Both the position numbers and the translations under genes were made by a program. Below the pieces are notes generated by a model that was not told the DNA's origin, searched no databases, and worked only from the letters and a program-made list of their open reading frames with translations. This document shows, piece after piece, positions 9,831 through 17,735 of a stretch of 39,855 nucleotides of DNA; the first letter of the stretch is position 1, and every line of letters begins with the position of its first letter. The DNA comes from an uncultured Armatimonadetes bacterium (GTDB taxonomy: Bacteria; Armatimonadota; Fimbriimonadia; Fimbriimonadales; GBS-DC): contig CAKZQI010000298.1 of NCBI GenBank assembly GCA_937139515.1, forward strand, positions 1 to 39,855, written 5' to 3'.

Positions 9831-9975
9831 TATAATAGAAGATTGTAGGGTTGGCGATAAGCTCCTTTCCGGTCTTTACCTACCAACCCCACCACAGAGG
9901 GAGGCGCGAAAAACCCCGCCGCGCCTCCCTGCCAACCTGACCAAGGAGAGGATGGTACTCGTATGACTGCCAACG
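9831..9975 (+). promoter_or_regulatory. TATAAT promoter and structured 5' leader of anmK (candidate cis-regulatory RNA)
   Basis: TATAAT 9831-9836. 11-bp perfect stem 9898-9908 / 9920-9930. CTCCTT..GGTC (9862-9874) is complementary to GACCAAGGAG (9939-9948), which is the SD region. Confidence 0.5.
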
Positions 9976-11174
9976 CGCCCGAAAGGTTCCCCCAAAAAGG
10001 TTGGATTGCCGAGTGGCTTAGCGATTTAGCCCAGAAGCCCGAACGGTACGCCATCGGCTTGATGGCGGGCACCTCTATGGATGGGCTTGATGGCGCGCTG
10101 GTGCGCATCACGGGCAAGGGCAACGAGCGACGCGTGCAAACACTCGCCACCCACCCAATCCCCTACACCCCCGAAGAGCGGGAGGCTCTGAACCGCCTGC
10201 TCCACAGCCCCGACTTGGAGACGCTGGTCGCTTGGGACGCCTACTTGGGGGAGCGGTTCGCCGAATGCGCCCTTGCCCTGATGGCACATGCTGAGGTGGA
10301 CTTCATCGGCTCGCACGGTCAGACGGTCTGGCATGTGCCGAATGCGAGTGTGCTGGGGCGCACGGTACGCAACACGCTCCAGATTGCCCAGCCTGAGGTG
10401 ATTTTTGCGCGCACGGGGGTTCCTGTGGTGGGCGATTTCCGAACGCGCGATATGGCGCTCGGCGGACAGGGTGCGCCTCTTGTGCCGTTTGTGGACTGGC
10501 TCCTGCTGAGCCACCCCACCGAACCGCGCGCCGTGCTCAACATCGGGGGTATCGCCAACCTCACCGTCCTGCCTGCCCAGCCCGCGCCCGAACACATCTG
10601 GGCGTTTGACACAGGTCCGGGCAACACGCTGATAGACAGCGCGCTTCAAACGCTCACAGGCGGGAGGCTTCGGTACGACCCTGGCGGCTCCCTGGCGCAG
10701 AAGGGGCAACCCCACCTGCCGCTCTTAGAGCGCTTGCTGGCACACGACTATTTGCAGATTGCGCCCCCCAAATCCACTGGGCGCGAGCAGTTCCATCTGG
10801 GTCTGCTGGACGCCGTTGACCCCTCGTGGCGGACGCTAGGGCTGGAAGACCTGTGTGCCACACTTGCCGAATACACTGCCCGCACGATTGGGGAGGCGCT
10901 CCAGTGCTGGGTTCTGCCCAGCGTGCCCGTCCAGCGGGTGATTGTTTCGGGTGGGGGCATTCACAATCGGTTTCTATGGAGCCGTTTGCGAGACCTGCTC
11001 CCCGCGCCGATAGCGCTCAGCTCCAGCGCTGAGTTCGGCATAGACCCCGACTACAAGGAGGCGATTGCCTTTGCGGTGTTAGCCGATTGCTACTTGTTGG
11101 GCGAGGCGGTTTCGTTCCCCGGCACGACGGGCGTCTTGCGCCCGGCGCGGTTGGGCAAGCTCTGCGTGGGATGA
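9963..11174 (+). CDS. anmK: Anhydro-N-acetylmuramic acid kinase
   Basis: IGLMAGTSMDGLD, IGSHGQTVWH, DFRTRDMALGGQGAPLVP, NIGGIANLT, FDTGPGN, PPKSTGREQF, SGGG, KEAIAFA. Confidence 0.95.
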   Translation: MTANAPERFPQKGWIAEWLSDLAQKPERYAIGLMAGTSMDGLDGALVRITGKGNERRVQTLATHPIPYTPEEREALNRLLHSPDLETLVAWDAYLGERFAECALALMAHAEVDFIGSHGQTVWHVPNASVLGRTVRNTLQIAQPEVIFARTGVPVVGDFRTRDMALGGQGAPLVPFVDWLLLSHPTEPRAVLNIGGIANLTVLPAQPAPEHIWAFDTGPGNTLIDSALQTLTGGRLRYDPGGSLAQKGQPHLPLLERLLAHDYLQIAPPKSTGREQFHLGLLDAVDPSWRTLGLEDLCATLAEYTARTIGEALQCWVLPSVPVQRVIVSGGGIHNRFLWSRLRDLLPAPIALSSSAEFGIDPDYKEAIAFAVLADCYLLGEAVSFPGTTGVLRPARLGKLCVG

Positions 11175-11188
11175 GTGGAGTCTGACGA

Positions 11189-11643
11189 GAAAACATTCGT
11201 TGAGTTCCAGTTTCCCGAACGCGTGCGAGGGTGTTTGAAAAATCGTGGCACGGGCATCCTGCCCGTGGAGCGAAGCACGCAAGCCATGAGGTAGGGTAGG
11301 ATGTGTCCGCTGGGAACGCATGCGTCTCGCCTGCACCACTGGTGAGAACATCTTGAGCAAGGATACCCAAGCCACGCAATGTAGCACGGGCATCCTGCCC
11401 GTGGAGAGTCTCTTGGGCAAGGATGCCCAAGCCACGAGCGGTGAGTTTCACCTCAACCCGAAAAGCCCACCCTATCACCCTGAGCGAAGCGAAGGGTCTG
11501 TGCTTGAGGTTGCATAGAGATTCTTCGCTTCGCTCAGAATGACAGAAGGGCATGTCAGAATGACAGTGGGGGACGAGGGACTGACGAAGGAGCGTCAGAG
11601 TAGGGGCGGATTGGTATGATATTGAACGCTGCGGTTGTACCCT
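11189..11643 (+). mobile_element. Family A MITE-like repeat, copy 1, interrupted by a family B element
   Basis: Colinear with the reverse complement of 19301-19661. Head ACATTCGTTGAGTTCC, core TCACCCTGAGCGAAGCGAAGGGTCT...GAGATTCTTCGCTTCGCTCAGAATGACA, tail TTGAAC...GTACCCT followed by TA. Confidence 0.7.
11227..11434 (+). repeat. Family B element (left TIR plus REP-like hairpins) nested in family A copy 1
   Basis: GAGGGTGTTTGAAAAATC at 11227-11244. GT(G/A)GCACGGGCATCCTGCCCGTG at 11245-11267 and 11381-11403. Matches 18929-19116, but no right TIR was found. Confidence 0.75.
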
Positions 11644-11651
11644 TATCAGCT

Positions 11652-11680
11652 CTAAACCCACCCCGCTTCCTGCCCGATAA
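11652..11680 (+). promoter_or_regulatory. Sigma28 (FliA/SigD)-like promoter of flhB
   Basis: CTAAA-N16-CCCGATAA versus the consensus TAAA-N15-GCCGATAA. It ends 9 nt before the flhB ATG. Confidence 0.55.
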
Positions 11681-11689
11681 TTTTACGGG

Positions 11690-12727
11690 ATGGCAGACGA
11701 GGAACGCACCGAACAGGCGACACCCCGTCGTCGGCAAGAGGCGCGCAAGAAAGGGCAGGTCGCTCGCTCAGTGGAAATCAACGGGGCGGTTATCTTCTTA
11801 GCTTTTGTGTTGCTGATGCCGATTGTGCTGAACTTGGGAGGTATTCGCCTGTTGAGTGCGTTCCAACACGGTTTAGCCCAAGCGGGGAGCGCTCGGTTGT
11901 CCGACGCCCTCCTTTTTAGTGCGCTGGCAATCCTGCTCCCGCTGATGGCGGGGGCGTTTCTGGTCGCCTTGCTCACCAACGCAATGCAGGTCGGGCTGGT
12001 GCTGAGCGCGCAACCGCTGGCGCCCGACCTCAAGCGGATTGACCCCCTCAAGGGCTTCCAGCGCCTATTTTCGCGTCGGGCATTGGTGGAGCTGGTCAAA
12101 GCGGTGCTCAAGTTCGGCTTGATTGCGTGGGTGGCGTGGGGAGCCATTCAGAGCCGTCTGCCCGAACTGGTTCAGGCGTCTCAGATGGCGATGCCTCACG
12201 CTCTGCATCCCCTCTCAGAAACACTCTATCAAATCGGGCTACGCGTGGGCATCCTGTGGCTGGTGTTGGCACTGCTGGACTATCTGTACCAACGGTGGGA
12301 TTTTGAGAAAAGCATCCGAATGTCGCGCTACGAACTCAAAGAGGAGTACAAGCAGACCGAAGGAGACCCGCATATCAAGTCGCGCCTGCGCCAGCAGATG
12401 CAAAAGATTGCCCGCCAACGGATGCTGAGCGATGTGCGCAAAGCCGATGTGGTCGTCACGAACCCAGTGACTTACGCGGTGGCGTTGCGGTACGACCGAA
12501 CGAGCATGGGCGCCCCGCGTGTGGTCGCGAAGGGCAAGGGGTGGTTAGCGCGCCGTATTCGTGAGGAGGCGCTCCGCTGGCATGTGCCGATTGTGCCCAA
12601 CCCACCACTCGCCCGAAGCCTACACGCTCAGGTTGAGGTCGGGCAAGAGATACCCTCCACCCTCTACCAAGCGGTGGCGGAAGTGATGGCTTATGTGTAT
12701 CGGCTACGGCGTGCCCGACGCGCTTGA
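11690..12727 (+). CDS. flhB: Flagellar export switch protein FlhB
   Basis: ERTEQATPRRRQEARKKGQV..S.E, PDLKRIDPLKG..RLFS, MSRYELKEEYKQTEGDP.IK.R, ADVVVTNP..YAVAL.Y, AP.VVAKG, LYQAVAEV. Confidence 0.95.
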   Translation: MADEERTEQATPRRRQEARKKGQVARSVEINGAVIFLAFVLLMPIVLNLGGIRLLSAFQHGLAQAGSARLSDALLFSALAILLPLMAGAFLVALLTNAMQVGLVLSAQPLAPDLKRIDPLKGFQRLFSRRALVELVKAVLKFGLIAWVAWGAIQSRLPELVQASQMAMPHALHPLSETLYQIGLRVGILWLVLALLDYLYQRWDFEKSIRMSRYELKEEYKQTEGDPHIKSRLRQQMQKIARQRMLSDVRKADVVVTNPVTYAVALRYDRTSMGAPRVVAKGKGWLARRIREEALRWHVPIVPNPPLARSLHAQVEVGQEIPSTLYQAVAEVMAYVYRLRRARRA

Positions 12728-12741
12728 GGTATCCTATCGCC

Positions 12742-13248
12742 ATGCCAGAACCCCTGAGCCAGATTGACCGCGAGGCTTGGCGCTTCATCAACTCGGTCAG
12801 TGTGATTACGGTCGCCGTGGAAGGTGTTGCGAATGCGATGAGTGCCGAATGGTGTGCCCCCGTCTCGCTCAAGCCGCCTTTGATTGGGGTGTTTGTCGGT
12901 GAGGAGCGTTTCACGCGCCGACTGATTGAGCGTGCTGACACCTTCGGGGTCAGCCTTCTGGCGGAGGACCAGGCTTGGATTGCGCGTGCCTGTGGGCGCC
13001 ACTCTGGAAGCGAGGTCAACAAACTCGCCGAGTTCAACATTCCCACCGAGCCTGCGCTTTATATCCCCGCACCGTTGATTGCTGGCAGTTGTGCCCAGTT
13101 TGAATGCCGTGTGTTAGACCGACGGGTGTACGGGAGCCATATGCTGGTGGTGGGGGAACCCTTGCGCGCGGTGGGCTATCCTCAAAAGCGCACGATGGCG
13201 TACCACCGAGGGCACTACTACACGCTGGGCGAGGAGCGGACTCCGTAG
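12742..13248 (+). CDS. Flavin reductase-like (FMN-binding split barrel) protein
   Basis: V.VITV....ANAM...W..PVS..PPLI.V, CG..SG...NK, APLI......ECRV....GSH.LVVGE. Confidence 0.88.
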   Translation: MPEPLSQIDREAWRFINSVSVITVAVEGVANAMSAEWCAPVSLKPPLIGVFVGEERFTRRLIERADTFGVSLLAEDQAWIARACGRHSGSEVNKLAEFNIPTEPALYIPAPLIAGSCAQFECRVLDRRVYGSHMLVVGEPLRAVGYPQKRTMAYHRGHYYTLGEERTP

Positions 13249-13277
13249 GTCGCTTAGGTTGTTGGAAAGGTCAGTCC

Positions 13278-13622
13278 TTATCCGGGGGGCCAGCCCATCG
13301 TGCGCCCACCCAACAGGTGTAGGTGTAAGTGATAGACCGACTGCCCTGCGTTGGCGTTCGTGTTGGCGACCACACGGTAGCCCTCCGGCTCGATGCCTTC
13401 TCGGCGGGCGAGCTCGGCGCAGACCCAAAGCAAGTGTCCCATTAGCCCCTCGTGTTCGTGGGTCATCTCGGCAAGGTTGGCGACATGGGTTCGAGGTACG
13501 ACTAAGATGTGGATGGGCGCTTGGGGATTGATGTCGCGGAAAGCGAACGCCTGCTCATCTTCGTACACGATTTGGGTGGGGATTTCGTGGCGCACGAACT
13601 TGCAAAAGAGGCACTCACTCAT
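13278..13622 (-). CDS. hinT: Histidine triad (HIT) nucleotide-binding protein
   Basis: CLFCK, AFRDINPQAP.H.LVVP, GQSVYHLHLHLLGGR...WPPG. Its RBS GGAGG lies inside the upstream gene. Confidence 0.95.
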   Translation of the reverse strand: MSECLFCKFVRHEIPTQIVYEDEQAFAFRDINPQAPIHILVVPRTHVANLAEMTHEHEGLMGHLLWVCAELARREGIEPEGYRVVANTNANAGQSVYHLHLHLLGGRTMGWPPG

Positions 13623-14355
13623 GGCGTTTTCCTCCGGAACGATTTAGGTACTGCTCGCGTGTCATCGTACGCATCCGTTCTAAGGCGTCGCGCTCGAATT
13701 CGCGCACTTCATCGGGCTTCAACGAGAGTTGTTCGGCGACCTCTTCGTGGGTGTGCGCCTTTTCGCCTTCCAAGCCGTAGAGCAGGCACATCACCACGCG
13801 CTCGGCAGGGAGCAGATGCTCCACCAAGCGCTCCATCTGGCGGGGGCTGAAAGGTTCGTTCTGTCCGAACACAATCTGCACGACCGCCTGTTCCTCGCTC
13901 TTGTTGCGCGATTGCCAGATTTTCAGGAGGTTGAGAATCTGGTTGTGGCTGAGGGTCTCAGCGAAGTAGCCTTCCGCCCAGAAGTTGCGCCTGCCAATCC
14001 GTTGCTCCAGGTCGGAAATCGTTTCAAAGAGGCGGTGCGCAGTGCTCCGCTTGATATTACTCACTATGTCGGCAATCGCATCGGTGGGTTTGAAGCCTAT
14101 TACGAGATGAATCTGATTCGGCGTAAGACGATATGCAATCAATTCGTACTCGTAGGTCTTGCACACCTCGGGTAGATGGGCACTCAGGATCGGAACCGCT
14201 TCCGAGTCGATAAGTGGGCTGCGAGCGCGGGCGTAGAAGGCTATCAGCGCATAAAGCCGATAGGCACTAGCTCCCGTCGTTCGCAACTTCTCAAACGGAG
14301 AGCCTTGCCCCTTTCGGCTGGACTGCTTCGTCTCTTGGGAGGACTGCTTCGCCAT
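13615..14355 (-). CDS. Inactive IS200/IS605 TnpA-like (Y1 HUH) domain fused to a sigma70 region-4 domain (246 aa)
   Basis: aa ~30-148 follow TnpA (AYRLYALIAFYARARSPLI; NQIHLVIGFKPTDAIADIVSNIKRSTA; FWAEGYFAETL). aa ~172-230 follow sigma70 region 4 (LLPAERVVMCLLYGLEGEKAHTHEEVAEQLSLKPDEVREFERDALERMR). RBS GAGGG and extended -10 TGGTATACT lie upstream. Confidence 0.85.
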   Translation of the reverse strand: MAKQSSQETKQSSRKGQGSPFEKLRTTGASAYRLYALIAFYARARSPLIDSEAVPILSAHLPEVCKTYEYELIAYRLTPNQIHLVIGFKPTDAIADIVSNIKRSTAHRLFETISDLEQRIGRRNFWAEGYFAETLSHNQILNLLKIWQSRNKSEEQAVVQIVFGQNEPFSPRQMERLVEHLLPAERVVMCLLYGLEGEKAHTHEEVAEQLSLKPDEVREFERDALERMRTMTREQYLNRSGGKRHE

Positions 14356-14491
14356 CGTATCCCTCACACGCACTAGCCGTATAGTTAGAGTATACCACAA
14401 GTCGGCTCGGGGCAACACGCAAAAAGCCACTCCCTCGCTGTCTACGCGGTTCCGCTGCTTGAGGTATATTAGTCTTGAAAGGAACAACCCT

Positions 14492-15646
14492 ATGAGCCAG
14501 TTAGACTATTCAGTATCGGGGCGATTTCGGGCTGGACGACGGCGTGTGTCAGTACGACGGGCAAATGGTTCCACTTTCAACGCGCAACTCTACTACCCTG
14601 CGACCGCAACAGGCGAGAACACTCCCTACGATGGCAGTGAGGCGCCCTATCCTGCGATCAGCTTCGGGCACGGGTTCCTCCAGCCGCCCGAACGCTACCG
14701 CTCCACGCTGGAGCATCTCGCTACCTGGGGCTACTGGGTGATTGCCACCGAGTCGGGGCAAGAGCTGTTTCCCAACCACCAGCGCTACTCTGAAGACCTC
14801 CGAGACTGTCTGACCTATTTAGAACAGCAGAATGCCGAACCGACCTCCATCCTCTATCAGCAGGTGGCGACCGACCGCTTCGGCATTTCGGGGCACTCGA
14901 TGGGCGGAGGTGCCAGTGTGTTGGCGACCGCCAGCGACGCCCGTATCCGAGCGATTGCGACGCTCGCCGCTGCCGACACCAACCCGTCGGCAATCCAGCA
15001 ATCGCCGAACATCACCGTGCCTCACAGCCTGATTTCGGGCAGTGCCGACACAATTACCCCGCTCGCCAATCACGGGCAGCGGATGTACAACGCGGGCTTC
15101 GCTCCCAAACTGCTCCCCGTGATTCAGGGAGGGTGGCACTGTGGGTTCCAAGACAGTTCCATCATCGGGTGCGACAGCGGTCCGATGTCGCGTGCCACCC
15201 AGCTCCAAATCACGCGCCGATTGCTCACCGCCTTTTTTGAGCTTTATCTGCGAGGCGATTTGCGGGCATGGGACGATGTCTGGGGCGCTGGGGTGTTGGG
15301 CGACCCACGCATCGTGCTGTCGGCGGAGTCGGGCATTGCTGTGGAGCCTGACTTTCAGCGGCAAATAGCGTTCACACCGCGTATCCTGACTTATGGGCTT
15401 GCAATTGCCAACCTCAGCCGATACCCTCAGCGCTATCAAATCCTGATTGAGGGCAACCGCTGGCAGACCGAAGCCCTGCCGAACCCCACGCCTCAGGTGG
15501 CTCCGGGTGGGGTGGTGAAGGTGCAGGTGCGTGTGCGTGTACCCCGCGCGCGACCGGGGAGTAGCGACCTCGCTCAGGTCAGTGCGCTCTCCCTTCGAGA
15601 TGGGGGCACACGTGCGATTGCACGGATACAGACCGTCCTGCGCTGA
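14492..15646 (+). CDS. Alpha/beta hydrolase (chlorophyllase/cutinase-like) with a C-terminal Ig-like extension
   Basis: YPAISFGHGF, LATWGY, nucleophile elbow GHSMGGG, SGSADTITP (Asp), GGWHCGF (His), beta-rich C-terminus. Confidence 0.85.
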   Translation: MSQLDYSVSGRFRAGRRRVSVRRANGSTFNAQLYYPATATGENTPYDGSEAPYPAISFGHGFLQPPERYRSTLEHLATWGYWVIATESGQELFPNHQRYSEDLRDCLTYLEQQNAEPTSILYQQVATDRFGISGHSMGGGASVLATASDARIRAIATLAAADTNPSAIQQSPNITVPHSLISGSADTITPLANHGQRMYNAGFAPKLLPVIQGGWHCGFQDSSIIGCDSGPMSRATQLQITRRLLTAFFELYLRGDLRAWDDVWGAGVLGDPRIVLSAESGIAVEPDFQRQIAFTPRILTYGLAIANLSRYPQRYQILIEGNRWQTEALPNPTPQVAPGGVVKVQVRVRVPRARPGSSDLAQVSALSLRDGGTRAIARIQTVLR

Positions 15647-15649
15647 GCG

Positions 15650-16438
15650 CTACATCCGTCGAACAGCCTCTTGCAGGGCTTGTAAGCACTCGCGCAGAGC
15701 AGGCATTGGCTCGTCGGGTTCCTCTTCGTATTCCAGAGCGAACGAGCCTTTGAAATCGATTTGGCGCAGGGCGCGCAAGAACCCCACCATGTCCAAATCG
15801 CCTTTGCCCAAGCGAGTGTACTGGGTGCGGTCTTTCACATCTTTGATATGCACGGCGTGAACCCGTTCCTTGCCGAAGCGCCGAACCGCTTCCACAGGGT
15901 TCTCCCCAGAGCGCAGGAGGTGCGCCGTATCAATACACGCCCCAATCCAGCGAGGTTGACCGCGCATCGCCTCCTCTATCGAGCGGATGGTGTCGTAGCG
16001 TGAACCCGGTCCGTGGTTGTGGATGGCAATCGGGATTTTGAACTCTTCGCACAGCCTGTTCAGAAAGCCGAAACTGGCGGGTTCAGGGTCCGCTGTGATG
16101 ACCTCAATCCCCATCGCCTTGGCGAACTCAAATACCTGTCGAGCGTTCTTCTCGTCCCGCCCGAAACTCACCACGCCGTAGGCAATTAGCTTCCTGCCCG
16201 AGTCGGCAATCATGCGTGCCGACTCGCGCCATTTTTCGGGTGGGGCGAAATAGGGCAGGTGCATCGGGAACGCCTCCACATACTCCAAACCCAGCTCGCG
16301 GGTCATTCGTAGCGCCTCTTGAAAACTGAACTTGCGCATCGAATAGCTCTGGATGCCCATTCGGAACGGTCCGTACGGATTGCGTGTTTGTCTTCGCATC
16401 GCGTTCTCCAGCAATAGGATTCGGCAAGGTCGTGCCAT
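15650..16438 (-). CDS. Sugar phosphate isomerase/epimerase (xylose-isomerase-like TIM barrel)
   Basis: GIQSYSMR, IAIHNHGP, CIDTAH, VHIKD, LEYE. Start is uncertain (16438 or further downstream). Confidence 0.88.
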   Translation of the reverse strand: MARPCRILLLENAMRRQTRNPYGPFRMGIQSYSMRKFSFQEALRMTRELGLEYVEAFPMHLPYFAPPEKWRESARMIADSGRKLIAYGVVSFGRDEKNARQVFEFAKAMGIEVITADPEPASFGFLNRLCEEFKIPIAIHNHGPGSRYDTIRSIEEAMRGQPRWIGACIDTAHLLRSGENPVEAVRRFGKERVHAVHIKDVKDRTQYTRLGKGDLDMVGFLRALRQIDFKGSFALEYEEEPDEPMPALRECLQALQEAVRRM

Positions 16439-16523
16439 CTCCTTTTTTCGCTCTCACTCTTGCCTGACCAGCCCTTCAACTAAGAATCGGAACGAACCCC
16501 CCAAAGGGTATCCTATTAGGCTA

Positions 16524-17735
16524 ATGGAGACGCCTCGTCCTCTCTCGGAGCGCGCTCGGCAGGTACAGCCCTCGCCGACCTTAGCCTTGACCGCCCGTGC
16601 CCAAGAGATGCGCCGTCAGGGCATCGATGTGCTGTCGTTCACGGCAGGCGAACCCGACTTTGACACGCCCGACTTCGCCAAAGCAGGCGCGTTAGAAGCC
16701 ATCCACGCAGGTTATACCAAGTACACCCCGACCCCTGGCATCCTGCCCCTGCGCGAAGCCATCTGCGAAAAACTTTGGGAAGAGAACCACCTGCGCTACA
16801 CGCCCGACCAGATTATCGTCTCGTGTGGCGCGAAGCACTCTATCTTCTGTGTGCTGATGGCGCTGTTAGACCCCGGCGACGAGGTGATTATCCCCACGCC
16901 GTGTTGGGTCTCGTACCCGGAGCAGGTGCGGTTGATGGATGCAGTGCCCGTGTTCGTACCCGCCGATGAGCAGACCGATTTCTTGCCTGATTACGACGCT
17001 ATGCGCCGTGCCATCACTGCGCGCACGAAAGCGATTATCCTCAACACGCCTTGCAATCCCACGGGGGCGGTCTTCCCCCGCCAGAAACTGAAGGAAATCG
17101 CCTCGCTGGTACTGAGCCACAACCTCTGGATTGTGGCGGACGAAATCTATGAGAAGTTGACCTACGACGGGCACACTCACGAGAGCATCGGCGCGCTCGG
17201 CAAGGAGGTGTTTGCCCACACCATCACCATCAACGGCATGTCCAAAAGCTATGCGATGACGGGCTGGCGGATTGGCTATATGGCAGGACCGACCGAGGTC
17301 GCGCGCGCCGTCAACCGCCTGCAAGACCAAATGACCTCCAACGCCTGCTCCATTGCCCAGTATGCCTCGCTTTCCGCCTTGCAAGATAAGAGCGATTGGC
17401 ACGAGCGGGTGCGCCGAGCCTACGACCGCCGTCGGCAAATCATCGTGGACGGCTTGAACGCTATTCCCGGCATCTCGTGCTGGCGTCCGCGTGGAGCGTT
17501 TTATGTCTATGCGAATGTAGCGGGTCTGCTGGGCACATGCGCCAACGGTAAGACCTTAGAGACCTCCGCCGATGTCGCCGAATATCTGCTTGAGCGGGCG
17601 CGGGTCGCTGTGGTGCCCGGTGAGGGCTTCTGTGCGCCTGGCTACATTCGGCTCTCCTACGCCACCGCCGATGCGATTATTGAACAGGGGATTGCCCGGA
17701 TTGCCGAAGCGGTTCATCAGCTGGAGGGACTATGA
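16524..17735 (+). CDS. aspC: Pyridoxal-phosphate class I/II aminotransferase (aspartate aminotransferase)
   Basis: GEPDFDTP, GAKHS, NTPCNPTG, DEIYE, SKSYAMTGWRIGY, GAFY, RLSYA. Start ATG 16524. Confidence 0.9.
   Translation: METPRPLSERARQVQPSPTLALTARAQEMRRQGIDVLSFTAGEPDFDTPDFAKAGALEAIHAGYTKYTPTPGILPLREAICEKLWEENHLRYTPDQIIVSCGAKHSIFCVLMALLDPGDEVIIPTPCWVSYPEQVRLMDAVPVFVPADEQTDFLPDYDAMRRAITARTKAIILNTPCNPTGAVFPRQKLKEIASLVLSHNLWIVADEIYEKLTYDGHTHESIGALGKEVFAHTITINGMSKSYAMTGWRIGYMAGPTEVARAVNRLQDQMTSNACSIAQYASLSALQDKSDWHERVRRAYDRRRQIIVDGLNAIPGISCWRPRGAFYVYANVAGLLGTCANGKTLETSADVAEYLLERARVAVVPGEGFCAPGYIRLSYATADAIIEQGIARIAEAVHQLEGL

Noticed and set aside
9845-9890. SRP RNA on the minus strand (GACCGGAAAGGAGC) or a glycine riboswitch (GGAGAG...CCGAA)
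   Set aside because: The SRP helix-8 pairing and AGCAG motif do not fit, and the glycine aptamer CUCAGG element is absent.
11189-11643. CRISPR array in the repeat-rich intergenic regions (also 19301-19661 and 39476-39855)
   Set aside because: Repeats are inverted, degenerate and irregularly spaced, with no unique constant-length spacers and no cas genes.
11017-11661. 214-aa and other ORFs across the repeat clusters (also 18865-19261 and 19468-19692)
   Set aside because: These are translations of palindromic repeats (HGQDARAT, CHSERSEES-type peptides) with no protein-family signal.
13615-14487. Active IS200/IS605 insertion sequence
   Set aside because: No HUH or catalytic Tyr, no tnpB, no subterminal hairpins seen, and the gene is embedded in an operon with hinT.
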